From the NCBI GenBank assembly GCA_964527425.1, contig CAZGOA010000004.1:35691-99690 (forward strand): a DNA stretch of 64,000 nt, read 5' to 3'. The notes beneath the pieces were generated by a model that did not search any database, was not told the origin of the DNA, and saw only the letters and a program-made list of their open reading frames with translations. A program made the position numbers and the translations under genes. This document shows positions 37,936-49,122 of this stretch, piece after piece; within the stretch, counting starts at the first letter, position 1, and every line of letters starts with the position of its first letter. Source of the DNA: an uncultured Gammaproteobacteria bacterium (GTDB lineage Bacteria > Patescibacteriota > Microgenomatia > UBA10105 > UBA927).

Positions 37936-39384
37936 TTATATTTTAAGTGGACGTCTTTGATCATGAGAACCAGGTGGAAAAACTTGTAACTGTGATTTTT
38001 TGTGCATTTCGTCAATTGTATGTGCTCCTACATAACTCATACCGGAGCGCAAACCCCCTTCTAGATTCGTAAGTATCTTTACAACACTTCCTTTATATGG
38101 AGTGAACGTCGTTCTGCCTTCTGGTACATAACGATCTGCATTTGTGGTTGATCCTCCGATATCTTTCCTCTTCATAAAGGCAGATGCTGACGCCATACCT
38201 CTCACCATTTTTTGCAATGTGCCATCGACAACAACTGCTTCTCCTGGACATTCTAAGGTTCCAGCAAATAAAGAACCAATCATAACGGCGTGAGCGCCTG
38301 CAGCAATAGCGATCGAAACATCTCCTGGGACCCTAATACCACCATCGGCAATAAGAGGAATGTGTTCTCGTTTGAGAGCCTGGGCAATATGTATGATCGC
38401 AGTTACTTGAGGAATACCTGCACCTGCTACATCGCGGGTTTCACATACAAAACCTGGTCCAATACCGATTTTTATCCCTTTTGCTCCGTTATCTGCAAGA
38501 AATAGTGCTCCTTCTGCAGTAGCAACGTTTCCTGCAATAATTGGAGTTTTTATTTTTTCTTGTACTATCAGTTTTCGCAACATTTGTTTTGTATATACAT
38601 GATGACCATGAGCAATATCTAAAACCAGCACATCCACGCCAGCTTTAACAAGTAATACAGCTCTTTCTATGTCTGATTCTTTAACGCCTATTGCACCGCC
38701 AACAAGCAAACGTCCATGCGTATCCAATGATGCGCGAGGGTATGAAGTAAAATAATGAGCGTCTCTTAAGGTATATACGCCATATAGTTTATGTGAAGCA
38801 TCAATGATTGGAAGTTTTTCTATTCTATTTTTTTTCATAAGTTGAACTGCTTCAGTTAAGGTTGTTCCCGGTTTTGCAGTTACTAATTTTTTAAGCGGTG
38901 TAAAAACGGAATTAAGAGGTTTGTGTTCCTCACCGGCTAATAAATCTCTTGGAGTAACAATTCCTGAAATTGTTCCATTAAATTCTCTATCTTTATATAC
39001 CATTAAGTATCCGCGTTTATGTTTGTCCATTAAGGAAAGAACGTCCTTTATTATTGTGTTTTCGGAAACTATAGGGGGTATTTCCTCCATTGTTCTCATG
39101 TGTTCTTTTACTTTTAGTATTTCGTCTGCTTGTTCTTGTGGCGTCATAAATCTATGAATAATACCAATACCCCCATGAAGCGCCATTGTTATCGCCATTG
39201 GTGACTCTGTCACGGTGTCCATGTTGGCTGAAATAATAGGGAGTTGAAGTTTTGGACAACCCAAAGCGATAGATGTTTGTGTTGATATTTGGTCATTATA
39301 TCGTGATGTTATATCGGAAAAGGCTGGTACTAATCTGACATTTTCAAAAGAATATCCCTCTGTAATGAGTTTTTGTTGCTTCAT
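37936..39384 (-). CDS. guaB: Inosine-5'-monophosphate dehydrogenase (with CBS pair)
   Basis: Catalytic loop GIGPGFVCETR, the CBS domain region, and the IMPDH-like start FENVRLVPAFSD. The start is taken at the ATG at 39384 (MKQQKL); the ORF-track start at 39435 would overlap purB. Confidence 0.8.
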   Translation of the reverse strand: MKQQKLITEGYSFENVRLVPAFSDITSRYNDQISTQTSIALGCPKLQLPIISANMDTVTESPMAITMALHGGIGIIHRFMTPQEQADEILKVKEHMRTMEEIPPIVSENTIIKDVLSLMDKHKRGYLMVYKDREFNGTISGIVTPRDLLAGEEHKPLNSVFTPLKKLVTAKPGTTLTEAVQLMKKNRIEKLPIIDASHKLYGVYTLRDAHYFTSYPRASLDTHGRLLVGGAIGVKESDIERAVLLVKAGVDVLVLDIAHGHHVYTKQMLRKLIVQEKIKTPIIAGNVATAEGALFLADNGAKGIKIGIGPGFVCETRDVAGAGIPQVTAIIHIAQALKREHIPLIADGGIRVPGDVSIAIAAGAHAVMIGSLFAGTLECPGEAVVVDGTLQKMVRGMASASAFMKRKDIGGSTTNADRYVPEGRTTFTPYKGSVVKILTNLEGGLRSGMSYVGAHTIDEMHKKSQLQVFPPGSHDQRRPLKI

Positions 39385-39412
39385 AGTATTATCGTAAAAC
39401 AGGATGATTACA

Positions 39413-40822
39413 CTATTGAGTGGTATGTCTGTCAATGGTTAGAATTTGGTTTATTTCTTTTATGGCCATTTCAGTCAATTTGACTGCATTGCCAATATAA
39501 TTAGATGGAGTTACATCGGTCATCGATTTTTGTTGCTGCTGGGTTAATGGCAATTTTTTTATTAGGTCATGCCATTCATGTTGATTAAACACCTGTCCCT
39601 TAATATTTTGAGCGACCTGTTCATACGCATGTTCAATTTGTAATGAGCGAATATACGTCTGTAAACCTTCTCCTAAAATAGTCCAGTTATGAGAAAGAGA
39701 TTCTTCAATTTGTTTTTTGTTTGCTTCAATACGTTTTAAACCTTCTTTTGTGTTTGTATATGCTATAAGACAATATCCCAAAACGGAACTCATATTGCGC
39801 ATTACTGTACTACCTGACAAGTCTCTTTGCAGTCTTGATACAGAGAGTTGTTTGTTTATAGTTTCTAGTAATCCATTAGCTAGTATTAGATTTCCTTCAC
39901 TATTTTCAAAATAAATTGGATTAATTTTTTGTGGCATTACTGAGGATCCAATTTCGTGTTCTACGTTTTTTTGAGAAAACCAATCATCACTTATATATCT
40001 CCATAAATCCTGGTTGAGGTTAAGAATAATACCGTTGATGCGAAGATATGTTTGATGAAATTCAATAATATCTTCGGGAGTATTGATTTGTGTAGTAATT
40101 AAGGAAGGAGTTAAATCCAATGACGAAATAAAGTATGTAGTGAAATCTATCCAGTCAATGTGGGGATAGGAAAGTGATAACGCATTATAATTACCAACTG
40201 CACCATTCAGTTTTCCTGTTAGTGGCTGGAACACAAGTTTTTTATATTCTTTTGCTAAACGATGAGTAAAAACGACGAGTTCTTTCCCTAGCGTTGTTGG
40301 TACAGCTGGTTGACCATGAGTACGTGCTAACATTGGTTGAGATTTATAGGTATTAGCCATGCGTATTAACTCTTGAATAAGTTCTTTTACTATCGGAATT
40401 AATACCTGTGTTGTTGCATTTTTTAACATTAAGCGATAAGCAATATTATTAATATCTTCTGAAGTAAGTCCTAAATGGATTGCATATGTTAGATTTTTGA
40501 GCGAAGTATTACTTAACCATTCTGCGAGAGTATATTCTACGGCTTTGACATCATGACGGTATGTTTCTTCTCGTTGTTTTATAGAGACAATATCTTCCGT
40601 ACTGAGTGATTCGTTTAGATGGGTTAAATAATGTATTTCTTTTTTTGTGAGTGGACGAATGACCTTATATTTGCTTAATGCAAGTAAATAGTTCGTTTCT
40701 ATAGCAATTCTATTTCGAATTAATGCAGATTCAGAAAGAAACGGAGAGAGTTGTTGTGTGATATTGGAATATCGACCATCTATCGGAGATATGGCAAAAA
40801 ACGAATCATTCATTGTATGCAC
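39413..40822 (-). CDS. purB: Adenylosuccinate lyase
   Basis: ISPIDGRYSN is the N-terminal signature, and the fumarase/lyase family signature is present across 469 aa. Confidence 0.8.
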   Translation of the reverse strand: MHTMNDSFFAISPIDGRYSNITQQLSPFLSESALIRNRIAIETNYLLALSKYKVIRPLTKKEIHYLTHLNESLSTEDIVSIKQREETYRHDVKAVEYTLAEWLSNTSLKNLTYAIHLGLTSEDINNIAYRLMLKNATTQVLIPIVKELIQELIRMANTYKSQPMLARTHGQPAVPTTLGKELVVFTHRLAKEYKKLVFQPLTGKLNGAVGNYNALSLSYPHIDWIDFTTYFISSLDLTPSLITTQINTPEDIIEFHQTYLRINGIILNLNQDLWRYISDDWFSQKNVEHEIGSSVMPQKINPIYFENSEGNLILANGLLETINKQLSVSRLQRDLSGSTVMRNMSSVLGYCLIAYTNTKEGLKRIEANKKQIEESLSHNWTILGEGLQTYIRSLQIEHAYEQVAQNIKGQVFNQHEWHDLIKKLPLTQQQQKSMTDVTPSNYIGNAVKLTEMAIKEINQILTIDRHTTQ

Positions 40823-40900
40823 ATAGTATCACGCCCTCTGTTGCATACAAAGATTCAGAGTAGTAGTCTTTGATATGGTTATTGTAAGAAAGGAAATATC

Positions 40901-42346
40901 ATGAATGTGTATACAAAACGACGGCCCAATTCAATTGCTATTGTGGGAGTTGGATTAGGGGATGAAGGAAAAGGACGGATAGTTGATGATACGATTGGAT
41001 CGTTAGTAAAGAAGAAAAACATTAATAAAGTATATGTAGTACGCTTTCAAGGGGGTAGCAATTCGGGTCATACGATCGAATTTAAAGGTAAACGAATTGC
41101 TTTGCATCAAGTTCCTTCAGGAATTTTTTATTCTCAAGTTACTGGATTTATCGATAGAGGAATGGTTATTCATCCTGAAGATCTTTCTGTAGAAATTGGA
41201 TATGTTGAAAAGATAATTGGTGATACCAGGGGTAAATTGTATCTTTCTGAAGAAGCAATTTTAGTAACAGATTTAGAGCGAGCAGAGGAACTTCTTAATC
41301 GTAAGAAACAGGGAAAAGCCTCCGGTGGAACAGGAAGGGGCATAGGACCATCGTATGCACATCACTACGATCGTTTAGGATTACACATACACGATTTAAT
41401 GCATACTGCGTGGAAGGAAGTATTGGGTGCTCATTACGATAGATACACGAAAGAATTTGAGGCGTTTGGAGAAAGTATTGCCGATATTCAGGTTCCTGAT
41501 TTTGAACAGTCGAAAACATTAAATAAACCAGTGTTAAAAGCTATTGGTTCGAAAAAGCACTTTCTGGAACGAATGGGTGAAACTCGTTCATGGTTACAAA
41601 GAAGAAAAATAGTTACCAATCTATATCCCTTGCATCATGAAATATATTCGAATATGAGGGCTGCGGTTGTATTTGAAGGAGCTCAGGCGTTAGCGTTGCA
41701 TCCCTGGTTGGGAACAATTCCTGATACTACTGCGTCAAACACGTCAGCTTTTGGTATTCAGGAAGGCACCGGATATTGGCTTTTAAGCATGTTAGAAGAA
41801 GTTATTGGTGTGTTTAAATTAACGTACACATCAAGTGTTGGTGCACGACGTATGCCCACACAAATATATATTCCTAAGGAAAAAGAGTTGCCATTATCAA
41901 ATCCAACGGAAGATCAAGAATGGGCTACGTATGTTATTGAAAAAGCACATGAATATGGTACTACTACAAAACGGAGAAGGGATATTCTTCATTTAGACTT
42001 ACCGATGTTACTCTACAATTGCAAAATGAGTGGTATTACTTCTTTGGCAGGTACACATTTAGATATTGCACGACCGAATACTAATATAAAAGTATGTATT
42101 GGGTATAAAGATAAGAAAGGTAATACAGTTTTGTATCAGCCGGGATTACGGTATTTAGAGGGAGTCGTTCCTGTCTATAAAGAACTAGCAGGTTGGGGGG
42201 GAGAGACAGTATCAAGTATTAAAGAAGCAAAACAATTTCCTAAACAAGCACTACAGTACTTAACATTTATTGAAAAATATTTAGGTTTACCTTTTTCTCT
42301 TGTAACAACGGGACCTGCTCGTGATCAATTAGTAACTATGCGATAA
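40901..42346 (+). CDS. purA: Adenylosuccinate synthetase (long, divergent form)
   Basis: P-loop VGLGDEGKGRIVD corresponds to the GDEGKGK motif. It is paired with purB. Confidence 0.7.
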   Translation: MNVYTKRRPNSIAIVGVGLGDEGKGRIVDDTIGSLVKKKNINKVYVVRFQGGSNSGHTIEFKGKRIALHQVPSGIFYSQVTGFIDRGMVIHPEDLSVEIGYVEKIIGDTRGKLYLSEEAILVTDLERAEELLNRKKQGKASGGTGRGIGPSYAHHYDRLGLHIHDLMHTAWKEVLGAHYDRYTKEFEAFGESIADIQVPDFEQSKTLNKPVLKAIGSKKHFLERMGETRSWLQRRKIVTNLYPLHHEIYSNMRAAVVFEGAQALALHPWLGTIPDTTASNTSAFGIQEGTGYWLLSMLEEVIGVFKLTYTSSVGARRMPTQIYIPKEKELPLSNPTEDQEWATYVIEKAHEYGTTTKRRRDILHLDLPMLLYNCKMSGITSLAGTHLDIARPNTNIKVCIGYKDKKGNTVLYQPGLRYLEGVVPVYKELAGWGGETVSSIKEAKQFPKQALQYLTFIEKYLGLPFSLVTTGPARDQLVTMR

Positions 42347-42358
42347 GAACGGCAGTTT

Positions 42359-43501
42359 CTAGTAATTTTTACCAGGATTTGTAATTATTAAATTGTGAGG
42401 GTGGCTTTCAGTAAGCGAAGCAGTAGTAATTTTTATAAATTGAGAGTGTTCATTCAGTTCTTTAATAGTTTTGCATCCTACATAATAGCATCCTGATGTA
42501 ATTCCACCGGTCATTTGGTTGATTACATCCTCAACAGTTCCGGTTATGGGAACTAGTCCTTCTACCCCTTCTGCAACAAGAACTCTTTCAGAGTAATTTT
42601 TTCCATGAAATTCATCTTCTGACTTTATTTTTGTTCCTTGTTCCATGGCTCCAATAGAACCCATACCTCTATATGCTTTAAAAGAATATATTTCCTGATC
42701 GTCTTTAAGTATATCTTTAAATCGAGCGGGAACATGCTGTTTTTTAAGCATCACTTTCTCTCCTGGTGATTCTTCTGTCTGTGCAAACATTCGTCCCATC
42801 ATAACCATTGATGCACCAGCTGCAAATGCTTTAACCATGTCTCCTGAATATTTAATGCCCCCATCAGCAATCACGGGAATACCAGCTGGGTTACCTGCCC
42901 TGGAAGTTTCTGCTATAGCGGTTAATTGCGGAACTCCCATCCCAGAAATTATTCGTGTTGTACATATCGCTCCCGGGCCCATACCCACACGCAAACAATC
43001 TACACCTGCCTGTATGAGTGCTTGTGCCCCATCGTAGGTAGCTACATTTCCAGCCATAATTTGTATAGACGGATGTTGAGATTTAAGCCACGAAACTGCC
43101 TTAATTATTGAACTAGAGTGACCATGAGCTGAATCGACACAAAGGATATCAACATTCGCTTGAATAAGTGCGAGTGCTCGTTCTTCAAAACCAGATGAGG
43201 CACCAATTGCAGCACCCACTAATAGATTTTTATTTTTTACTTTTTTTATTTCTTCTACTTGATGCTCAACAGTAAGATTTCTGTGAATAATCCCAATTCC
43301 TCCAAGTGTAGCTAAGGAAATTGCTAATGTGCTTTCAGTGACAGTATCCATGGGTGCAGAAACAAACGGAGCATCTAGCGTAATTGTTTTCGTAAGATTT
43401 GTTTTGAGGGAAATGTCTTGTCTTTGAAAATCAGCAAAACGGGGCAATAAAAGGACATCGTCGTATGTTAAGTATTCTGGTAAGTTTGATAGTTTATTCA
43501 T
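42359..43501 (-). CDS. guaC: IMPDH/GMP reductase family protein without CBS domains (likely GMP reductase)
   Basis: [11 protein letters not shown] catalytic loop, TIM barrel, 380 aa, and no CBS insert. Confidence 0.55.
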   Translation of the reverse strand: MNKLSNLPEYLTYDDVLLLPRFADFQRQDISLKTNLTKTITLDAPFVSAPMDTVTESTLAISLATLGGIGIIHRNLTVEHQVEEIKKVKNKNLLVGAAIGASSGFEERALALIQANVDILCVDSAHGHSSSIIKAVSWLKSQHPSIQIMAGNVATYDGAQALIQAGVDCLRVGMGPGAICTTRIISGMGVPQLTAIAETSRAGNPAGIPVIADGGIKYSGDMVKAFAAGASMVMMGRMFAQTEESPGEKVMLKKQHVPARFKDILKDDQEIYSFKAYRGMGSIGAMEQGTKIKSEDEFHGKNYSERVLVAEGVEGLVPITGTVEDVINQMTGGITSGCYYVGCKTIKELNEHSQFIKITTASLTESHPHNLIITNPGKNY

Positions 43502-43527
43502 AAGCCTCCTTAAAGAATAGTTATTAG

Positions 43528-44877
43528 TTATATATCTTCTGAATTATCATCACTGACTAGCGTTGCTAAGTTTCTAAGTTTTTCCTGGATGGTATTTAGA
43601 AAGCGTTGTCTTGTCGTTTTATCTTCAGAAGCACGCATCTGTACAGTAAGAATGATGATATCTTTATACAAGTCAACTAAAACATTATGGCCAGAAGGTA
43701 AAAAATCAATGATAGATTTGTACATGGCAGAGTGATCTACATAAATATCTCCTAATAAACGTAAACACATGGTCTCCGCCAGGTCAACCTGTTTTGCAAC
43801 TGGAATTTTGGGAAATATTGCATAATAGTGACGTTGTATATCTTTTAATACATCTGGATTATCCTGTTTTAAGGTCGTTTTATCGAAATCAATTGCTCGA
43901 ACAACAGGGGTCCACTCGTCGGGAGCTTCAAGCCAGACTGCAGGATTAAAATCAATGGTTTTTTGACCTTCATATTCAACTGGAAGTGTATTAATGTTAT
44001 ACCCTTGCTGAGATAGAGATTCTAATGCGCTTCTTCTCACAAATTCAACTGTCATGTTGGTTAAATGCAAATGACCATGTATAACGCCGGCACCTACAAA
44101 ACTATTACCAATTTCCATAAATTGACTTTGTAGTTCGTTTTTAAGCGTTATTATGCGTGACTGTAGTAAACCATTTTTTATGCCATTATTGGCTATAAGT
44201 TCATCTAATTTCGTTTGTATAAAATGGTATGAAAGACCACAAAAGCGCGAAACTATCGTAGTCTCTAGTGTTTCGGGAGAAATATTTAATCGGAATGGTT
44301 CTGGATGATTCTTTCGAGTTTTTTGCAGAATTGGTGCTACCGGGATCACATTCTGAAAACGGGTAGGAGCTGTGATTGAGCCCGTTACAAGATTTTTCCA
44401 GATAAAGGGGGCTTCTGGAGAAGTAGTCAGATTCAATTTATTGATTATTACCCCATGCATGGGATTTTTTTCATTTCCCACAAGGAAAAAAAGAGCACTG
44501 CCATCCTTAATCAATTGTTTAATAATGATTTGATCGTCAGGAATATCTTGCTCTAGTAACGACGAATCTGTGATAGGCAACCAGTATTTGGGTAGTCTTT
44601 GCTCAGTACCATCTGAATAGCCTAAATGCTGGTAGTATATTGCTGAATCTGTGTCTGAGCCAACCCGAAGTTTTCCTTGATCTCGGTAAAACCCATAGGG
44701 CTTTGCTTCATCAATAATAGCTTCATTATTCGATCTGTCAATTTCTATTGATTGTTGGTTGACCATCTGGATTATTAGTCGATAGACAGAAGGGAATGTT
44801 GCATTGACTACTGTATGTTCTTCAGCAAGTAATTCAGTAGCTGATTGTGTTGATTCGTTAGATGCTACTTCTGCCAT
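43528..44877 (-). CDS. Hypothetical protein (449 aa) embedded in the purine-salvage cluster
   Basis: ORF only, with no recognisable motif. Confidence 0.4.
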   Translation of the reverse strand: MAEVASNESTQSATELLAEEHTVVNATFPSVYRLIIQMVNQQSIEIDRSNNEAIIDEAKPYGFYRDQGKLRVGSDTDSAIYYQHLGYSDGTEQRLPKYWLPITDSSLLEQDIPDDQIIIKQLIKDGSALFFLVGNEKNPMHGVIINKLNLTTSPEAPFIWKNLVTGSITAPTRFQNVIPVAPILQKTRKNHPEPFRLNISPETLETTIVSRFCGLSYHFIQTKLDELIANNGIKNGLLQSRIITLKNELQSQFMEIGNSFVGAGVIHGHLHLTNMTVEFVRRSALESLSQQGYNINTLPVEYEGQKTIDFNPAVWLEAPDEWTPVVRAIDFDKTTLKQDNPDVLKDIQRHYYAIFPKIPVAKQVDLAETMCLRLLGDIYVDHSAMYKSIIDFLPSGHNVLVDLYKDIIILTVQMRASEDKTTRQRFLNTIQEKLRNLATLVSDDNSEDI

Positions 44878-44887
44878 AGAGGAGTGG

Positions 44888-45886
44888 TTAGTTTAGAAAA
44901 CTTGTTTTGGTTGCCATGTCGTTACAATGCAATATTTCTTGCGGAGTCAATATATTGTTATCCAGTAATTTTTCATATTCCTTTTTCAGTGAAGTTCTCT
45001 GCATTTCTGGTCCATCGGTATTTATCGTGAATGGAACGTTATGTGCCAGCATTATCTGATAGTTTTTACGCATGTGATCAAAGTTTTTTACCAGTTTGGT
45101 ATGAAGATTAGATGTGGGACATGTTTCTAAAACGATATTATGTTGAGATAAATACTTCATCAATTCCTGATCCTCAACACACGCAATACCGTGACCAATT
45201 CTGTCAGGCTTTAGTTCATCAATCACTTCCCACATTTCATCAATACTAGTTGCTTCTCCAGTATGAATAGTTACACCTAAACCAGCTTCTTTTGCTTGTT
45301 TGGTTAAATGTGCAATATCTTTCGGTTTAAATGCTTTACTACCATCTGTTCGTTCTATTGGTCCAGCTAAATCTATTCCAACAACACCTCGAGATTTATA
45401 CTTTATAGCTTTTTTAACAATAGCCGAGTTTTCTTGATCATTAAATCTTCTATCCATCATTAAGATGATTCCTGCTTTGACAGGATATTTCAGCATAGCT
45501 CTTTCCATTCCTTGAAGTGCAAAGACTATTAAGTGATCTAAATCTCGTTCTCCATTTCTTGAACGTAAAATAGGGTTAAAACGAATTTCTAACCTGGTAA
45601 TATTATTGGTTTTATATGCTCCAGCTACTGCGTGTTGGGCTGCTTGAAAAAGAGCATCAGGAGAAGATTGAATTTTTTCAGTGAGGTCGTATAGCATTAA
45701 GTACTCTTCGTATGATTTTTTTTCATAAATAGTAACCATTTGTTCGAACCCCCAGTAATTTTTTGTGGGGAGTTTTAATCCTTGATCATGTGCCATTTCC
45801 CAGAGCATAGTCGGGGAGACACAAAATCCTAAGTGAGTATGAAGTTCTGTGAGTTCTATGTTTTGTAAAAAGGTTAAGTCTGCCAT
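44888..45886 (-). CDS. add: Adenosine/adenine deaminase family protein
   Basis: TELHTHLGFCV is the metal-binding HxHxxG motif of the adenosine deaminase family. Confidence 0.7.
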   Translation of the reverse strand: MADLTFLQNIELTELHTHLGFCVSPTMLWEMAHDQGLKLPTKNYWGFEQMVTIYEKKSYEEYLMLYDLTEKIQSSPDALFQAAQHAVAGAYKTNNITRLEIRFNPILRSRNGERDLDHLIVFALQGMERAMLKYPVKAGIILMMDRRFNDQENSAIVKKAIKYKSRGVVGIDLAGPIERTDGSKAFKPKDIAHLTKQAKEAGLGVTIHTGEATSIDEMWEVIDELKPDRIGHGIACVEDQELMKYLSQHNIVLETCPTSNLHTKLVKNFDHMRKNYQIMLAHNVPFTINTDGPEMQRTSLKKEYEKLLDNNILTPQEILHCNDMATKTSFLN

Positions 45887-45890
45887 AATA

Positions 45891-47408
45891 TTATTCCCAT
45901 CTTACTGTAGCTGGTGGTTTACTGGTAATGTCGTACACTACACGAGACACATCGGCTACTTCATTTACAATTCGAGAAGAAATTTTCCCTAATACGTCAT
46001 ATGGTATCTTTGACCATTCTACAGTCATTAAATCGTTAGTATTTATCGATCTAATGGCAACAACTTCAGCAAATGAACGTCCATCTCCTTTTACCGCAGT
46101 AGAATAGGCACCCGTCATCACTGCAAAACACTCAAAGACACTGTTATAGAGTCCAGCTTTTTTCATTTCCTCTACGACTATTTCATCTGCTTGGGTTACT
46201 TGATTGAGTCTTTTTTCTGTAACTTCACCCATGATATTGATGGCATATCCAGGTCCTGGCCAAGGTTGTTGATTTACTATCTCTTCAGGTAAACCTGCAA
46301 GTCGACCCAATTCACGAACCTCATCTTTGTAATATGTACGAATTGGCTCAAGAAGTGTAAAGGGTAGTTCTTCAGGCAGTCCACCAACATTATGATGGGA
46401 TTTAATTTGAGAAGCATGTTTACTCCCTTTGCTTTCAATCACATCAGAATAAATAGTTCCTTGTCCTAAGAATGCAACATCAGTATGTTGTTTAGAAATT
46501 TCATCAAAAATATCGATATACAGTTTTCCAATCGTTTTCCTTTTTTGTTCAGGTTCATTAATCCCTTTTAATGCCGTTAAAAAGCGTTCTTTTACAGATA
46601 CAATAATCAGATCAGCTTGAATTAGTGTGGTAAACATCTCTTTAACGCGTTCGGTTGTTCCTGGGCGCATCAATCCAGAATCTACATACACAGGAATAAG
46701 GTTTTTGCCTATGGCTTTGCCAATTAAAAAAGCTGCAACACTGGAATCAACACCACCAGAGACTGCCATAATAACTTTTTTATCACCAACAGTTTTTTTG
46801 ATATCTTCAATAATGGTTTGTGGATCGAGTGAAATAGGGGAAAGAGTCTCTTTACAGACATCAACAACAAAATTTTTAAGAATATCTAATCCCTTTTCAG
46901 TATGATCTGCTTCTGGATGAAACTGAACCCCATACTGTTTTTTCTTTTCATTCACTACAGCGGTATACGGAACATGGGGTGTAGATCCTACAACGGTAAA
47001 TCCTTCCGGTAATGTAGTTACTGAATCACCATGAGATAAAATTGCTGTAATTGTGTTTGGAAGATTATAAAATATTGAATGTTGGTGCTGAAACGATACT
47101 GTCTCTGGACCATATTCTTTCGTAGCATTTTGTACTGTTCCACCAGTTAAATGGGCCATCAACTGCCAGCCATAACATATACCGAGTATCGGAATACCGA
47201 GGGAAAATAGTTCTTTTGAAATTGTGGGAGCACCAAGTTCATAAACAGATGAAGGTCCCCCTGAAAGAATAATCCCCTTGGGGTTTAGCTCTTTTATTTT
47301 TTGTAATGCTTCTTCTGGATACACATACTCATTTGCTACACCGAGTTGTCTGATTCTTCTTCCGATTAAATGAGCTGTTTGTGATCCAAAATCAACAATA
47401 AGTATCAT
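45891..47408 (-). CDS. guaA: GMP synthase (glutamine-hydrolysing)
   Basis: N-terminal class I glutamine amidotransferase domain (MILIVDFGSQ...), SGGVDS ATP-pyrophosphatase motif and the C-terminal dimerisation domain. Confidence 0.9.
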   Translation of the reverse strand: MILIVDFGSQTAHLIGRRIRQLGVANEYVYPEEALQKIKELNPKGIILSGGPSSVYELGAPTISKELFSLGIPILGICYGWQLMAHLTGGTVQNATKEYGPETVSFQHQHSIFYNLPNTITAILSHGDSVTTLPEGFTVVGSTPHVPYTAVVNEKKKQYGVQFHPEADHTEKGLDILKNFVVDVCKETLSPISLDPQTIIEDIKKTVGDKKVIMAVSGGVDSSVAAFLIGKAIGKNLIPVYVDSGLMRPGTTERVKEMFTTLIQADLIIVSVKERFLTALKGINEPEQKRKTIGKLYIDIFDEISKQHTDVAFLGQGTIYSDVIESKGSKHASQIKSHHNVGGLPEELPFTLLEPIRTYYKDEVRELGRLAGLPEEIVNQQPWPGPGYAINIMGEVTEKRLNQVTQADEIVVEEMKKAGLYNSVFECFAVMTGAYSTAVKGDGRSFAEVVAIRSINTNDLMTVEWSKIPYDVLGKISSRIVNEVADVSRVVYDITSKPPATVRWE

Positions 47409-47451
47409 GCGGTACTCCTATTTGTATTGGTATTGTTTTCATAAAACTATT

Positions 47452-47715
47452 TTAATCTGATTGTTCCCCTGTTTCACCAATTTGAATGGTTAATTCAGGG
47501 GAATTTGTTCCCCAAATAGTTCCTTTTTGTAATGTTACGCTGGAACTAAATCTGTTTCTTCCGTTAATAGGGTCATCTGTTTTATGTAGAGATGTTACCG
47601 TTAATACGGGTTTGCCATTTACATTGATACACGAAGCGATCACTTGAGAATTAATGCCAGTGTCAATAACAATATCTTGTCCTGGCTGTATAATAATTTC
47701 CTTATTTGTACTCAT
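47452..47715 (-). CDS. Hypothetical small protein (87 aa)
   Basis: ORF only. Confidence 0.3.
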   Translation of the reverse strand: MSTNKEIIIQPGQDIVIDTGINSQVIASCINVNGKPVLTVTSLHKTDDPINGRNRFSSSVTLQKGTIWGTNSPELTIQIGETGEQSD

Positions 47716-47721
47716 AAATAA

Positions 47722-48438
47722 TTAGACAAATTGAATAGGTTTTCCTTTTCCTTGCGTATTGGTTACAGTAATTACTATACTCATTCCCTTTATTAAGCTG
47801 CTTTTTTTTAGTCGTATAATTCCGCCTTGCATCTGTTTTGCTAAAGGGGAGGCAAAATAAATGGTATCCTGTGAAAATTGATTCTTTAGAAACTTAGCAA
47901 GTTCTATAGCTGTATATCCTTCTGCTAAAGCATCATCTACGATTAAGGTTGTTCCTTGAGGTTTATAGAGTTCTCTATCATAAAAATACATAGTATTTGT
48001 TCCTCTCGTGCCATCCATATTCCTGTTGTGAACATATGAGGGCACTTCTAGTGTGATTGGGAGGGGGAGATTTTCTTCAGGGTGTTTTGTTACACGAGGA
48101 TAAACTGCATTGGGGAATATCTTTTTTAGAGTATCTTGGTACCATGATGCAGAACTTGGTACACAAAGAATAGTTAGGTTGTTATCACTGAGTTGTAGTT
48201 CATGTTTAGCAATACTACCCGTTAAAGCTGCAAGCCATGGTTGTGGCTTTTGGTTAATTGCTGGCCAAAGAATAAATGGAGCATTTTTATTATCATTCAT
48301 TACCTGTGCTTCTGTACTAAAACGAAACCGGGCAATGGTTTTTAATACTGGAACGGAATTTTCTCGCATAACCAAATCAAACAGTTCTTCAGAGGTTAAT
48401 GAAGACACATCAGTATTTATCGATGTTGAATCGTTCAT
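47722..48438 (-). CDS. Phosphoribosyltransferase-domain protein (type I PRTase fold at the C-terminus)
   Basis: TTLIVDDALAEGYTAIELAKFL resembles the PRPP-binding motif VLIVDDxxxTGxT. Confidence 0.45.
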   Translation of the reverse strand: MNDSTSINTDVSSLTSEELFDLVMRENSVPVLKTIARFRFSTEAQVMNDNKNAPFILWPAINQKPQPWLAALTGSIAKHELQLSDNNLTILCVPSSASWYQDTLKKIFPNAVYPRVTKHPEENLPLPITLEVPSYVHNRNMDGTRGTNTMYFYDRELYKPQGTTLIVDDALAEGYTAIELAKFLKNQFSQDTIYFASPLAKQMQGGIIRLKKSSLIKGMSIVITVTNTQGKGKPIQFV

Positions 48439-48477
48439 ATAAAGTAGCCACAGCGTTAAGCACCGCGATTTTGCATA

Positions 48478-49068
48478 TTATTTGCTCTTTCGAGCAAGAT
48501 GGTATTTCCTTGTAAAGGCTATTTGAGAGTTGGTAAAACCTATTTTATTTAGAACTTCTTGAATGTCTGCTTTTGATTTTTTGTGCTTAGTCATTTGTTG
48601 TGTTATGGAAAGAATAGTCTCCGTTATTTCATGTGGGAAAATAACCCATTTTGTTGTCTGTTTGGCAAAATAATCTGGACGAACAACAGAATGAGGTTTA
48701 TAAAACATAGTCATCGTAGTAATTTTTTTGGCGCCTACATCTTGTAAATATTGAATTGCTTTTTTTAACGTTTCTCCAGTATCTGCAATATCATCTACCA
48801 ATAATATATGTTTTCCTTCTATAGAGGTTTGTAATTTCCCGTTTATATTAATTTCACCTTGTTGTTGAATATCTGTATAACTTTTTATAGAAATAGTCCA
48901 AATAGGGATACGCAGAAAATCGGAAAGAACATGTCCAAAAGTAAGACCACCCCGAGAGATAGCAACAATTTCCTGAATAGAGGGGTCATGGGAAAGAAGC
49001 GTGGCAGCAAGATATTGGGAAAATGTTTGGTAATTGTTCCACGTAACAAGAAGATATTTGATTGCCAT
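48478..49068 (-). CDS. gpt: Xanthine-guanine phosphoribosyltransferase-like purine PRTase
   Basis: YLLVTWNNYQ...AISRGGL...ILLVDDIADTGETL aligns with E. coli Gpt (YIVTWDMLQ..AVSRGGL..IVIDDLVDTGGT). Confidence 0.65.
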   Translation of the reverse strand: MAIKYLLVTWNNYQTFSQYLAATLLSHDPSIQEIVAISRGGLTFGHVLSDFLRIPIWTISIKSYTDIQQQGEININGKLQTSIEGKHILLVDDIADTGETLKKAIQYLQDVGAKKITTMTMFYKPHSVVRPDYFAKQTTKWVIFPHEITETILSITQQMTKHKKSKADIQEVLNKIGFTNSQIAFTRKYHLARKSK

Positions 49069-49122
49069 ATTACATTATGGGATATATCTTGACCTGAGTC
49101 AATATACGACTATAATTAGTAC

